A stretch of 64,000 nt of DNA from positions 64,001 through 128,000 of IMG/VR virus record IMGVR_UViG_3300017917_002814; one strand, 5' to 3'. Made by a program: the position numbers and the translations under genes. The DNA is from a virus. Positions 45,436 to 53,874 of this stretch are shown in pieces. Position 1 is the stretch's first letter; each line of letters begins with the position of its first letter. The notes beneath the pieces are model-generated. The model worked only from the letters and a program-made list of their open reading frames with translations. It was not told the origin of the DNA and made no database searches.

Positions 45436-47689
45436 TTTCGTCTATTCTATGTTGAAAGTTTGATGTTTCTGCTGTTTGAAATTCAAATTTGTTATTACAG
45501 TAATCTACTATAACAGTAGTTCCTGCTACAATATTTTCAAAAAGTATTTTTTTGCTAAGTGGAACTTTAATTGTGTCATTTATTTTCCTTTGTAATGGTC
45601 TTGCTCCCATTTTACTATCAAACCCATTTACAATAAGTTCATCAACTGCTTTTTCTGTCAACCTCACACGCAATTGTTTTTCTAATAGTAAATCATTAAG
45701 TTCAGTGACAAATTTGTTTACAATTTTACGCATACTCAATTTGTCTAAGCGATTAAATTTAATTACTCCATCTAGTCTATTTCTAAATTCAGGTTTAAAG
45801 AAATCCTTTACAGCACGATCATCTTCACCTGTTTTTTCAAGTGCAGTAGTAAATCCCATTGTGTTTTTTTCGTTGTCGGCGGCGCCTAGATTTGATGTTA
45901 AAATAATTATTGCATTTCTACAATCTGCTTTTTTACCATTACTACTGGTTACTGTGCCTTCATCCATCATTTGTAATAAAATATTACTGACGTCAGGGTG
46001 CGCTTTTTCAATTTCATCCATTAAAATTATACAATTTGGATTTTTTTCTATGTCAGAAATTAGCAGACCACCAGCCAAGTTTCCGTCATCGTAACCAACA
46101 TACCCCGGGGGAGCACCAATGAGTTTGGCAACTGTGTGTCTTTCCTGATATTCACTCATGTCATACCTGAGTAATTGCATACCAAGACATTGCGATAATA
46201 GTTTTGCTAGTTCTGTTTTTCCTGTTCCGGTGGGGCCTAAAAATAGGAAATTTCCTACTGGTTTATTAAGAGATTTTAATCCAGCACGGCTAACATAAAT
46301 TTTTTCGAGTACACTTTCTACAGCTGAATCTTGACCATACAACTTGTCTTTAATTTTAGATTCTAAATTATCAATTACTCCTGATTCTTTGTTATTATAC
46401 GTACCAATCTGATCTATAGGAATTTTGGTAATTCTGCTTAAAGCATTGATAATATCTCCTTTAGACACAGTCCAACTTGTATTTTTAATTTTGTGTTTAG
46501 CACAGCAGGCATCAATCAAATCAATAGCTTTATCTGGAAGCTTTTTATCAGTTTGATATCTAATAGATAAATCAACAGCAGCATCAATTGCTTCGTTAGA
46601 AATAGATCCACCGTGAAACTTTTCAAAATTAAATTTTAAACCATACAAAATTTCTTTCGCAGTTTCTGCACTTGGTTCATTTATGGTGATACGTTGAAAT
46701 CTACGCATCAATGCTCGATCTTTTTCAAAGCTCTGTGTGTATTCTTCCCAAGTGGTTGATGCAATGACTTTGATCTTGCCTTTACTCAAGGCTGGTTTGA
46801 TCATGTTACTGAAATCAACACTGCTTTGACTGCCGGCGCCGGCACCTCGCATTTGATGTGCTTCGTCAATAAACAAAATAGCATTGCCTTTGGTGTTCAA
46901 TGCTGCTATAATTTCTTGAATTTTTTCTTCGAAATCTCCGCGATATTTACTGCCCGCCAACAGACTACCGATATCTAGATTATAAACAGTAAAGTCTTGA
47001 AGATATTGTGGTACAGTTTTTGTTACAATTGCCAATGCTAACCCTTCGGCAATGGCAGTTTTACCAACACCCGGATCGCCTACCATTAGTACATTTGATT
47101 TATTTCTACGTGCTAAAATTTCAATGATATCATCTGTTTCGTGTTTGCGTCCAATAACAGGGTCAATTTTTCCTTCTTTGGCAAGGGTGTTTAAATTGTC
47201 GCAATAATGTTCTAAAATTTTATCTGCTCGATCGGTGTTGACAATGGCTTTACCAGATTCTGGTTTATAATTTTTATTATATAGTTCTACTAATTTGCCA
47301 CGATCCAAGCCGTATTTGACCATAAAATAATGGGCATAACTATTATTTTCTGCATGAATACTAAGAAACAAATCTAATAGTTCGATCTGTTTTCTAGAGC
47401 TAAACAAAACTTGCGTAAATGCTCTGTTGAACACTCTTTCCAAACTATGTGTTTTTTTTGGTTCTAAATCTGTAACTATTAAATTTGTGGCCTGTAACAA
47501 GTAACTTTCTAATTCGGCGTCAAGTCCGTCGGTGTCTGTTCCAAATTGGATTAATAAATTTTTAAACGGTTCGAATCTTATCATTGACAAAAAAACATGT
47601 TCCAAGGTCACGTATTCGTGACTTAGTTCTTTAGCCAATTGAGTTGCCTCAATTACAATATGATCAATTTCTGGATTGGTTTGTAGCAT
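45395..47689 (-). CDS. clpA: ATP-dependent Clp protease ATP-binding subunit ClpA
   Basis: N-domain HEYVTLEH, two AAA modules (GDPGVGKT, GPTGTGKT), LIGAPPGYVG, MGF ClpP-docking loop, no ClpB M-domain. Confidence 0.92.
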   Translation of the reverse strand: MLQTNPEIDHIVIEATQLAKELSHEYVTLEHVFLSMIRFEPFKNLLIQFGTDTDGLDAELESYLLQATNLIVTDLEPKKTHSLERVFNRAFTQVLFSSRKQIELLDLFLSIHAENNSYAHYFMVKYGLDRGKLVELYNKNYKPESGKAIVNTDRADKILEHYCDNLNTLAKEGKIDPVIGRKHETDDIIEILARRNKSNVLMVGDPGVGKTAIAEGLALAIVTKTVPQYLQDFTVYNLDIGSLLAGSKYRGDFEEKIQEIIAALNTKGNAILFIDEAHQMRGAGAGSQSSVDFSNMIKPALSKGKIKVIASTTWEEYTQSFEKDRALMRRFQRITINEPSAETAKEILYGLKFNFEKFHGGSISNEAIDAAVDLSIRYQTDKKLPDKAIDLIDACCAKHKIKNTSWTVSKGDIINALSRITKIPIDQIGTYNNKESGVIDNLESKIKDKLYGQDSAVESVLEKIYVSRAGLKSLNKPVGNFLFLGPTGTGKTELAKLLSQCLGMQLLRYDMSEYQERHTVAKLIGAPPGYVGYDDGNLAGGLLISDIEKNPNCIILMDEIEKAHPDVSNILLQMMDEGTVTSSNGKKADCRNAIIILTSNLGAADNEKNTMGFTTALEKTGEDDRAVKDFFKPEFRNRLDGVIKFNRLDKLSMRKIVNKFVTELNDLLLEKQLRVRLTEKAVDELIVNGFDSKMGARPLQRKINDTIKVPLSKKILFENIVAGTTVIVDYCNNKFEFQTAETSNFQHRIDENGYIVLEEPISEY

Positions 47690-47697
47690 AAAAATAT

Positions 47698-48564
47698 TTA
47701 TTGATTAAAGAATAATTTTTTTAATGTGGTTTGTTGCTCTGCTGTAATACTGGTTGGAACATTTATTTTAACATTAATAAACAAGGAACCCCTAACATTT
47801 TGATTCATTGCATATAACCCTTGATCTGGTATCCTAAATTTAGTATTAGGTTGTGTTCCTTGCGGTATGTTTAATTCGAAAATTTTTCCATCTAGACCTT
47901 GTACGCTGCTTAAACAACCTACCATGGCTTGAATACAATCAATTTCTATTGTTTTATGTAAATCAAGATGATTTACATTAAACTCGGTGTTGGCTTCAAT
48001 TTGTATTTTTACATATAAGTCTCCTCTTGGCAGAGTTGAAAAAAAGTTATCACCTAGACCGGAATATTTTACAGTTGAGCTAGGAGTTACACCTCGAGGA
48101 ATATTCACTTCAACCGGATAACTATCGCCATTGGTAGTTTTTACATTGATAATTTTTGTTTGATTTTCAAGCGTACTAGCAAGACTGATTACTATTTCAA
48201 TTTGTATATCTTTGTTTTTTCTTGGTTGTCTAAAGTGTGAAAACGGATCACCATGCCCGGCAAAGCCCTGCCCAAAAGCAAAACCAAAATTGCGTAACAT
48301 TTCTTCCATTTCTGGGGGCATGCCACCACCGACATCATGCCCGTTTACTGTAAATCTAAAACCACCAGTACCACGGCGCTCTGCGTCATATTGTGCTCTT
48401 TTATTTTGATCACTGATTGTTTCGTAGGCTGCTTGAATCTGCTGGAATCTATTGGTGTCACCGCCTTTGTCTGGGTGATGCTGATTTGCCAGTTTACGGT
48501 ATGCCTTTTTAATTTCATCTAAACTGGCGTTTTCAGAAACTCCTAAGGTATCGTAGTGTGTCAT
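47698..48564 (-). CDS. DnaJ-class (CbpA-like, no Zn finger) co-chaperone
   Basis: J-domain with HPD, G/F region, C-terminal GDLYV domain. Confidence 0.92.
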   Translation of the reverse strand: MTHYDTLGVSENASLDEIKKAYRKLANQHHPDKGGDTNRFQQIQAAYETISDQNKRAQYDAERRGTGGFRFTVNGHDVGGGMPPEMEEMLRNFGFAFGQGFAGHGDPFSHFRQPRKNKDIQIEIVISLASTLENQTKIINVKTTNGDSYPVEVNIPRGVTPSSTVKYSGLGDNFFSTLPRGDLYVKIQIEANTEFNVNHLDLHKTIEIDCIQAMVGCLSSVQGLDGKIFELNIPQGTQPNTKFRIPDQGLYAMNQNVRGSLFINVKINVPTSITAEQQTTLKKLFFNQ

Positions 48565-48570
48565 AGTGTA

Positions 48571-48600
48571 ATTATATATCCTTTATTACTGTTGTGTCAA
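48571..48600 (-). promoter_or_regulatory. sigma70-type promoter giving a leaderless dnaJ mRNA
   Basis: TTGACA-18-TATAAT-6 nt-ATG. Confidence 0.65.
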
Positions 48601-48605
48601 TACAA

Positions 48606-48631
48606 ATGAAAAGAGCCCAATAAAGGGCTCT
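48606..48631 (-). terminator. intrinsic terminator after the lysis operon
   Basis: AGAGCCC-TTTATT-GGGCTCT followed by TTTCA. Confidence 0.7.
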
Positions 48632-48655
48632 AAAAAATAAATTGTTTGCTACAAT

Positions 48656-48862
48656 TTACTTCTTTTCGTCTTTCTTTGCACCTTCAATTTTGGTTCCTTC
48701 TAATTTCTTGTGAACCTTGATTGTTTTACAAACTTCTTTTTCTTTTTTGGTCTTGTTGTCAAATTCTTTAACACAGACTTTTTTCTCTTCGGCTGCTTGA
48801 CAATCATGTGCGTAAGCCAATGGTACGAAAACAAATAATAGTGTTGCAATTAGTTTTTTCAT
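48656..48862 (-). CDS. small secreted protein
   Basis: Signal peptide MKKLIATLLFVFVPLAYA; Cys pair; Lys-rich. Confidence 0.6.
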   Translation of the reverse strand: MKKLIATLLFVFVPLAYAHDCQAAEEKKVCVKEFDNKTKKEKEVCKTIKVHKKLEGTKIEGAKKDEKK

Positions 48863-49086
48863 TTTGGAGGGTCCTTTTTAGTAAATTTTTCTGATGCTGT
48901 AAATCCTAAACCACCTAATACAATATAACTTATAGCATCAAATGTTTGCTGACTCACTTTCTTTTCAAAAAACAATTCAGAAAAGAATGCTACTGCTATC
49001 AACAAGAAAGCCAAAAATGTAATGACTCTCTTGCTGCTAGGATTACTTTCGCTTTCACCGGAAAGCATTCTAACAATAAAGTTCAT
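48859..49086 (-). CDS. two-TM holin-like protein
   Basis: SSKRVITF, two TMs, TASEKF; in the lysis cluster. Confidence 0.55.
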   Translation of the reverse strand: MNFIVRMLSGESESNPSSKRVITFLAFLLIAVAFFSELFFEKKVSQQTFDAISYIVLGGLGFTASEKFTKKDPPK

Positions 49087-49568
49087 TACCGTTCCGGATG
49101 TTCTGGTTGTGCTGGTGCTTCTTTACCGCCGAAGCCAGGTGCTACACTTGCAACAAAACTTGGAACATCGCCAATTGGTGCTGCGGCTGCTGCGGCACTA
49201 CCAAACGAGAATGATGCGCCCAGGCCACCGCTTGATGGTGCCGGTGCTGCAGGCGGAGCTGGTGGAGGTGTGTAAGGCTTGTTAGCTGCATCCAGTGCTT
49301 TGGCTCTTAGATCCTTGTCGTCGCCTGCTAACATTATTCCCGACAAGGTACCAGTCAAGAATGTGGCAATTGGAATAATAAGTTCAAAAAACTTGTTATC
49401 CACTGGACTCATTCCATTCATGGGTTGAGTGACAAAAATTAAACTGTATAACACTACAAACACAATTCCGAACAATGTTAAACCCAAAATAATACCAATA
49501 AAAAATTTGAGTCTAGCATTTAATTCTTCTGTGGTATATCTTTCTTTACTGAATAATTCTGCGATCAT
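49086..49568 (-). CDS. two-TM holin/antiholin-like protein with Pro/Ala-rich tail
   Basis: Two TM helices; next to the endolysin. Confidence 0.5.
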   Translation of the reverse strand: MIAELFSKERYTTEELNARLKFFIGIILGLTLFGIVFVVLYSLIFVTQPMNGMSPVDNKFFELIIPIATFLTGTLSGIMLAGDDKDLRAKALDAANKPYTPPPAPPAAPAPSSGGLGASFSFGSAAAAAAPIGDVPSFVASVAPGFGGKEAPAQPEHPER

Positions 49569-49801
49569 TTACAATCTCCTTTTCTTGGTGTTGGTTGCTC
49601 TGGTTGGAAATTATTTCCAGTCTGGCCACCAACTTTATTTTTTTCATAGTGTGTAAGATCTTCTGGGCAAGTACCGTTTGCACTACACCATGGCTTCTTA
49701 CATTCTTTTTTATCCCAGTTATCGGGGTCTTGACAAGGATAACGGTAGTTCTCCGAGCAAGAGACTAATAATGGTAGTATTAGTATTGCAAGGTATCGCA
49801 T
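49565..49801 (-). CDS. small Cys-rich lipoprotein
   Basis: Lipobox LLVSC; RYPCQDP..W...C..P.C...G.C. Confidence 0.65.
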   Translation of the reverse strand: MRYLAILILPLLVSCSENYRYPCQDPDNWDKKECKKPWCSANGTCPEDLTHYEKNKVGGQTGNNFQPEQPTPRKGDCK

Positions 49802-50454
49802 CAGTGAACTCCTAACACATGCAGAGCATGATTGTAATGTTTGATACGATCGTCCAATCCAATGAATCCTCCGTTGATTTTTCTGGTCATTTTCTTAATG
49901 TCGCCGGCATCTGCTTCTACATTTAATTTATTGGTTTCCCAAAACCAACATGCCGATTGTGCTGCACCCTCAAAAGTCTGTGTATATTCAGCAGCTTCTT
50001 CTGGGCTGATTTCTAAACTAGCCGCAAACCATTGATAATTAGTCTTTCCAGTCAATTGAATTAGGCCGCGACCACGATAACGGAACCCATCACCGCTTGC
50101 TTCGTCGCCATTGCCCATTCTATTAGCGTAGACTCTGTTAGCAATTTTTTCAGGTTTCTTCTCGTAGGCTTTGGCGGTAGCCATATCTGTAAAATATCTT
50201 GGAAAGGTTTTCATTAAACTTTCTGCTCGATAATTCAAGTTTTCTGTTAGAAAAACAAATCCGCCTGATTCGTGAGCACATTGTGCTATGAAGGCTGCGA
50301 TTCTCTGAGGCGTGTTTATTTCATAGTCTGGTAACAGTTGACTCAATGCCTTATGCCAATGGTTGATATATTGATTTTTTGGCAATAGTTGTTTAAGTTG
50401 ATCCTTAGTAAGTTCCATGTAGTTTGATCCTTTATTTGTTATGTTTTCCGCCAC
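49801..50454 (-). CDS. glycoside hydrolase family 19 endolysin
   Basis: AFIAQCAHESGGF, ENLNY, YRGRGLIQLTGK.NY, SACWFW, INGG..GL.DR. Confidence 0.92.
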   Translation of the reverse strand: MAENITNKGSNYMELTKDQLKQLLPKNQYINHWHKALSQLLPDYEINTPQRIAAFIAQCAHESGGFVFLTENLNYRAESLMKTFPRYFTDMATAKAYEKKPEKIANRVYANRMGNGDEASGDGFRYRGRGLIQLTGKTNYQWFAASLEISPEEAAEYTQTFEGAAQSACWFWETNKLNVEADAGDIKKMTRKINGGFIGLDDRIKHYNHALHVLGVH

Positions 50455-50491
50455 ATATTGGGCATGATTCTTGCTCTTGCATATCTGTTCC

Positions 50492-50695
50492 TTAAATTAC
50501 GGCCATTGCTACATTGCAAGCCTGATATATATGTCTTGCTAATTGTTCGTTGCCTGCACATTCTTGTGCTGCTCGAATGTCTCTTATCTCAAGCAACAAA
50601 TAATCTCTTTCATTGCGGTCAATTTCTCCCATTTCGTAGGCGTCGTTGAGTGCTTGTATCTCGTGTTCTAGTGGATGCATTATCTTCCTTCCCAT
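50492..50695 (-). CDS. hypothetical protein
   Basis: 67-aa ORF in the lysis operon. Confidence 0.55.
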   Translation of the reverse strand: MGRKIMHPLEHEIQALNDAYEMGEIDRNERDYLLLEIRDIRAAQECAGNEQLARHIYQACNVAMAVI

Positions 50696-51033
50696 GCTGA
50701 GCGAGCAGCTTGAATTCTTTGTTCGGCAGTCTTTTTGCCCAGTTCGCAGAATGTTTTACTTCCGCCTTTGCCCATTCTCACCACATGAGCATGTAATCCT
50801 TTTATGTTTTCTGCTTGCGGATCTTTTCGCCATTCTGTGTATTTGGCTAAATGAGCTGATGATATTTCCATTATGCCCCAGTCTGGGCCTGTGCAATCAA
50901 CAGACTCTAATATTCTATCTAGTTCTACCAAGTGATTAAACATCACAGGGTCATGCGATCTTGGCCAGTATTTTTTGATAGTAGTACACCCAAGTAAAGA
51001 AAGTGTTAGTAGTAGCACTGCTAAATGTTTCAT
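50680..51033 (-). CDS. lipoprotein
   Basis: Lipobox LLGC after a hydrophobic signal. Confidence 0.65.
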   Translation of the reverse strand: MKHLAVLLLTLSLLGCTTIKKYWPRSHDPVMFNHLVELDRILESVDCTGPDWGIMEISSAHLAKYTEWRKDPQAENIKGLHAHVVRMGKGGSKTFCELGKKTAEQRIQAARSAWEGR

Positions 51034-51034
51034 A

Positions 51035-51301
51035 TCATTTCACTTCCTCAAATATTTTTTTTTGTTTTGAGTACCATTCATTCCACTCATCCACCTTGAT
51101 TGAACACTCATAATAATTTGTATAATTTTCAACCACGGTTTTGTGTAAATCTACTATGGAAACACTATCGCCTTCAATTTTTTTAAGAGCCCCACATGGC
51201 TGTTTGAGGCTGGGCGGAGCTTCGGGAAATTTCATTATTACAGGAACAGTAGTCGAGCACCCGGTTAAAAACATTGCAAATAACAAAGAATAAGTTTTCA
51301 T
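51035..51301 (-). CDS. outer-membrane spanin (Rz1-like lipoprotein)
   Basis: Lipobox LTGC, Pro-rich FPEAPPSLKQPC, NY..Y.EC; follows the i-spanin. Confidence 0.75.
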   Translation of the reverse strand: MKTYSLLFAMFLTGCSTTVPVIMKFPEAPPSLKQPCGALKKIEGDSVSIVDLHKTVVENYTNYYECSIKVDEWNEWYSKQKKIFEEVK

Positions 51302-51813
51302 TTTTTCTCCGCTGCTTTGTTATGTTCTTCAACGATAATTCTTGGTACTGGACAGTTTTTGAGTGCAGTTTGTAACTCTTGCTGCTTTGCTTCAAACACC
51401 GCACGTTCTTCTGCACTCATGTCCTTGACAATCTCAACAGTATCACCTTTGACCAAGCGATTTATATATTCAATTTGTATACGTCCTTTTTCCCTAACTA
51501 CTTTGGTTTTTTCAATCACTCTAGTTTCTACTTCAGTGTTTACCTGTTGGCTTTTTTCTTCTGCTAGTCGTACTTTGTCTTCCATTTCTGCCACTCGCTC
51601 GCGCCATGACAGCTCATTGCTATATCCGCCGTACCAGTAAATACCGCTAGTTAGTAATACAATACCAACTAATTGTATCCAAAATCTATATATGTTTAAA
51701 AAGGGAATAAAAGTAATAACCCAACTAGCCATCAATATTAGTGCGCCTAACCCCATTAAACAATAGGTTATCGTGAGTATGAAACTTTCAGGTAATAAAT
51801 GTAAAATCCACAT
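51298..51813 (-). CDS. inner-membrane spanin (Rz-like)
   Basis: N-terminal TMs, coiled coil, C-terminal CPVP...HN. Confidence 0.7.
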   Translation of the reverse strand: MWILHLLPESFILTITYCLMGLGALILMASWVITFIPFLNIYRFWIQLVGIVLLTSGIYWYGGYSNELSWRERVAEMEDKVRLAEEKSQQVNTEVETRVIEKTKVVREKGRIQIEYINRLVKGDTVEIVKDMSAEERAVFEAKQQELQTALKNCPVPRIIVEEHNKAAEKK

Positions 51814-51855
51814 AATATACTGGTAATCGAACTACCAGTATTTATGCTATTTTGG

Positions 51856-52407
51856 TTAAAGAATCCCTGCTAGGCTTCTTATTGTTTGAGTATGATCGTT
51901 TATTGGTGCTCGCGTAGTTACAGGAACACCGGCTGCATTACGCATTTCATCTAATTCTTTTTTACCGTATTTTGCCAGATAAGTTGAAGATGACAAAGGT
52001 ACATTATTTTGTATATTTTCTGTTGAAAGTTCTAATTTTGCAGGATTAGATCGGATTTGCATTGCCCAGTCACTTAGTTCTTGCTCAGTTAAATTCATTA
52101 TATCCTGCATCATTTCTAATACTTTTTGGGCAAAACTTGGTTCTCTGTCACATTCAACAAACACTAAAAAATCCCCGTCTTCTAATTCTCCTGCGCTAAC
52201 ATCTGCGTCCAACACCCATTCGTATCCTTTTTCAATGAAATTGACTAGATCCTCAGCTGGTTCGCGACCATTTACTTTGAAACTTATTACAATTACATCT
52301 TCATCTTTGCCCATTTTGCTTTTATATTCATCAATGTGCAATTCTGGCGTAACTAAACGTTTAAGATCGCTTTGTTCTAAGCCTTCGCTTATTTTACTGT
52401 TGAACAT
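51856..52407 (-). CDS. hypothetical phage protein
   Basis: 183 aa (IDEYKSKMG.DED; ends IRSLAGIL). Confidence 0.7.
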   Translation of the reverse strand: MFNSKISEGLEQSDLKRLVTPELHIDEYKSKMGKDEDVIVISFKVNGREPAEDLVNFIEKGYEWVLDADVSAGELEDGDFLVFVECDREPSFAQKVLEMMQDIMNLTEQELSDWAMQIRSNPAKLELSTENIQNNVPLSSSTYLAKYGKKELDEMRNAAGVPVTTRAPINDHTQTIRSLAGIL

Positions 52408-52936
52408 TTTGCGTTCCTCCTACTGGTGCTGCAGAATCTGTTTTGTACATGTTTTTGTCTTGTCCGGTTTCGTATGCTTGCTCAATATCTTCAACATCAA
52501 TATTTCCAGAATACAACTCTAGACTGCCCTGATTGATTTCTTGCATGAGCTTTTTTGGCATCACAATTTCAACTAACCAAATTGGAGTTCTTGCTAATTT
52601 TGGAAATTTTGTACCAGGTTCAAAATCGTTTGGTTCTTTAACTTTGATTGGATATTCAAGTTGATCTTTTTTATAGGCTATCTCGCAGCCGTATTCCAGT
52701 AATCGTTCCCCGCCCCTAGGATCGGGCATTTTTTTGTAAGGCCACATAAATGTACAAGTAACAAAGTACTTTTCATAGTTTGGGCCATCAACTAACTCGC
52801 CTTTTTTCCAGTTAGCAAATGTGTAGATATCAAGTTCATCTATTACTCGCTCAAAATCTAAAAGTGTACTAATAGCACTATCAGTTAAAGAAATAGATTT
52901 TATATTTTCTAATACGTCGTTTATGTTTTTAGACAT
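52394..52936 (-). CDS. hypothetical phage protein
   Basis: 180 aa (LLDFERVID, W..GELV.GP, MPDP.GG.RL); TAAATA upstream. Confidence 0.7.
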   Translation of the reverse strand: MSKNINDVLENIKSISLTDSAISTLLDFERVIDELDIYTFANWKKGELVDGPNYEKYFVTCTFMWPYKKMPDPRGGERLLEYGCEIAYKKDQLEYPIKVKEPNDFEPGTKFPKLARTPIWLVEIVMPKKLMQEINQGSLELYSGNIDVEDIEQAYETGQDKNMYKTDSAAPVGGTQNVQQ

Positions 52937-53050
52937 TTTTTGTCCTATTTTAATTATTTAGTTTTGTAATTAGTTGTGTACCCGATGAGCTTTATACTTA
53001 GTCTATTTTATACCAATATTTAAGGTATTAAAATACTGGTGCAACCGTTG

Positions 53051-53142
53051 TAAATAACAGCGTGGACTTGATAAAGAAGACGCCAAGCCCACCAAGAGGA
53101 GCTCGGGCCATGGCAGATCCACCATTTTTAAAGGAGGTAGTC
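53051..53142 (+). promoter_or_regulatory. TAAATA promoter and structured 5' leader of phoH
   Basis: GTGGA/TCCAC enclosing GCCA/TGGC and GCCC/GGGC stems, then AAGGAGG SD. Confidence 0.45.
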
Positions 53143-53859
53143 TTGAGCAAACGCCGTAGAAGCGAAGCAGCACAATTACAAGTAGTACAAATAGACTCAT
53201 ACCAAAAACAACGCCGTACCATTCAACTTATTCCTAAAAGCTTAAATCAAGAAAAATATATAGATTTACTAGAAAATCCACAACACCTAATAGTATTTGC
53301 CGCAGGTCCGGCAGGAACAGGCAAAACTATGCTGGCTGTATTGGCTGCACTAAAAGCATTTAGAGCAGGAGAGTGCTCTAAGATTGTTATTACCAGACCC
53401 GCAGTAGGTGTTGACGACGAGCAACATGGATTTTTGCCGGGCACACTAAATCAAAAGATGGAGCCATGGACACGCCCTATCTTTGACATAATAGAGGAGT
53501 ATTACAAACCACAAGAGGTATTGCGTCTGCTAGAAGAAAAATATATTGAGATTGCTCCACTAGCATACATGCGAGGGCGGACATTTAAAAATTCGTGGAT
53601 TATTGCAGATGAGATGCAAAACGCGACACCAAGTCAAATGAAAATGCTGCTAACTCGACTCGGCGAAAACTCTAAGATGGTTGTAACAGGTGACACGCAG
53701 CAGGCCGACCGTAAGGCCAAGGACAACGGATTATTGGACTTCCAAAGACTAATGAAAGACTTTGACAGCCAATACATTGCTGGCGTGGAGTTTGCAGTTC
53801 GAGATGTTCGTAGACATCCTGCTGTTACCGAAGTTCTAAAATTATACGGGGAGGTATAA
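53143..53859 (+). CDS. phoH: PhoH-like ATPase (start reassigned to the TTG after AAGGAGG)
   Basis: GPAGTGKT, ITRPAV, GFLPG, LAYMRGRTF, DEMQN, TGD..Q.D, RHP. Confidence 0.95.
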   Translation: MSKRRRSEAAQLQVVQIDSYQKQRRTIQLIPKSLNQEKYIDLLENPQHLIVFAAGPAGTGKTMLAVLAALKAFRAGECSKIVITRPAVGVDDEQHGFLPGTLNQKMEPWTRPIFDIIEEYYKPQEVLRLLEEKYIEIAPLAYMRGRTFKNSWIIADEMQNATPSQMKMLLTRLGENSKMVVTGDTQQADRKAKDNGLLDFQRLMKDFDSQYIAGVEFAVRDVRRHPAVTEVLKLYGEV

Positions 53860-53874
53860 TGTATTAAATACTAG

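Noticed and set aside
45395-47689. Host chromosomal contamination (clpA, dnaJ, dps, galE look bacterial)
   Set aside because: These genes are embedded in phage operons with the same strand, composition and TAAATA motifs, and lack their bacterial neighbours such as clpS or dnaK
53062-53142. N-terminal extension of PhoH from the GTG at 53062
   Set aside because: A strong AAGGAGG lies just before the TTG at 53143, and the upstream part looks like a structured leader
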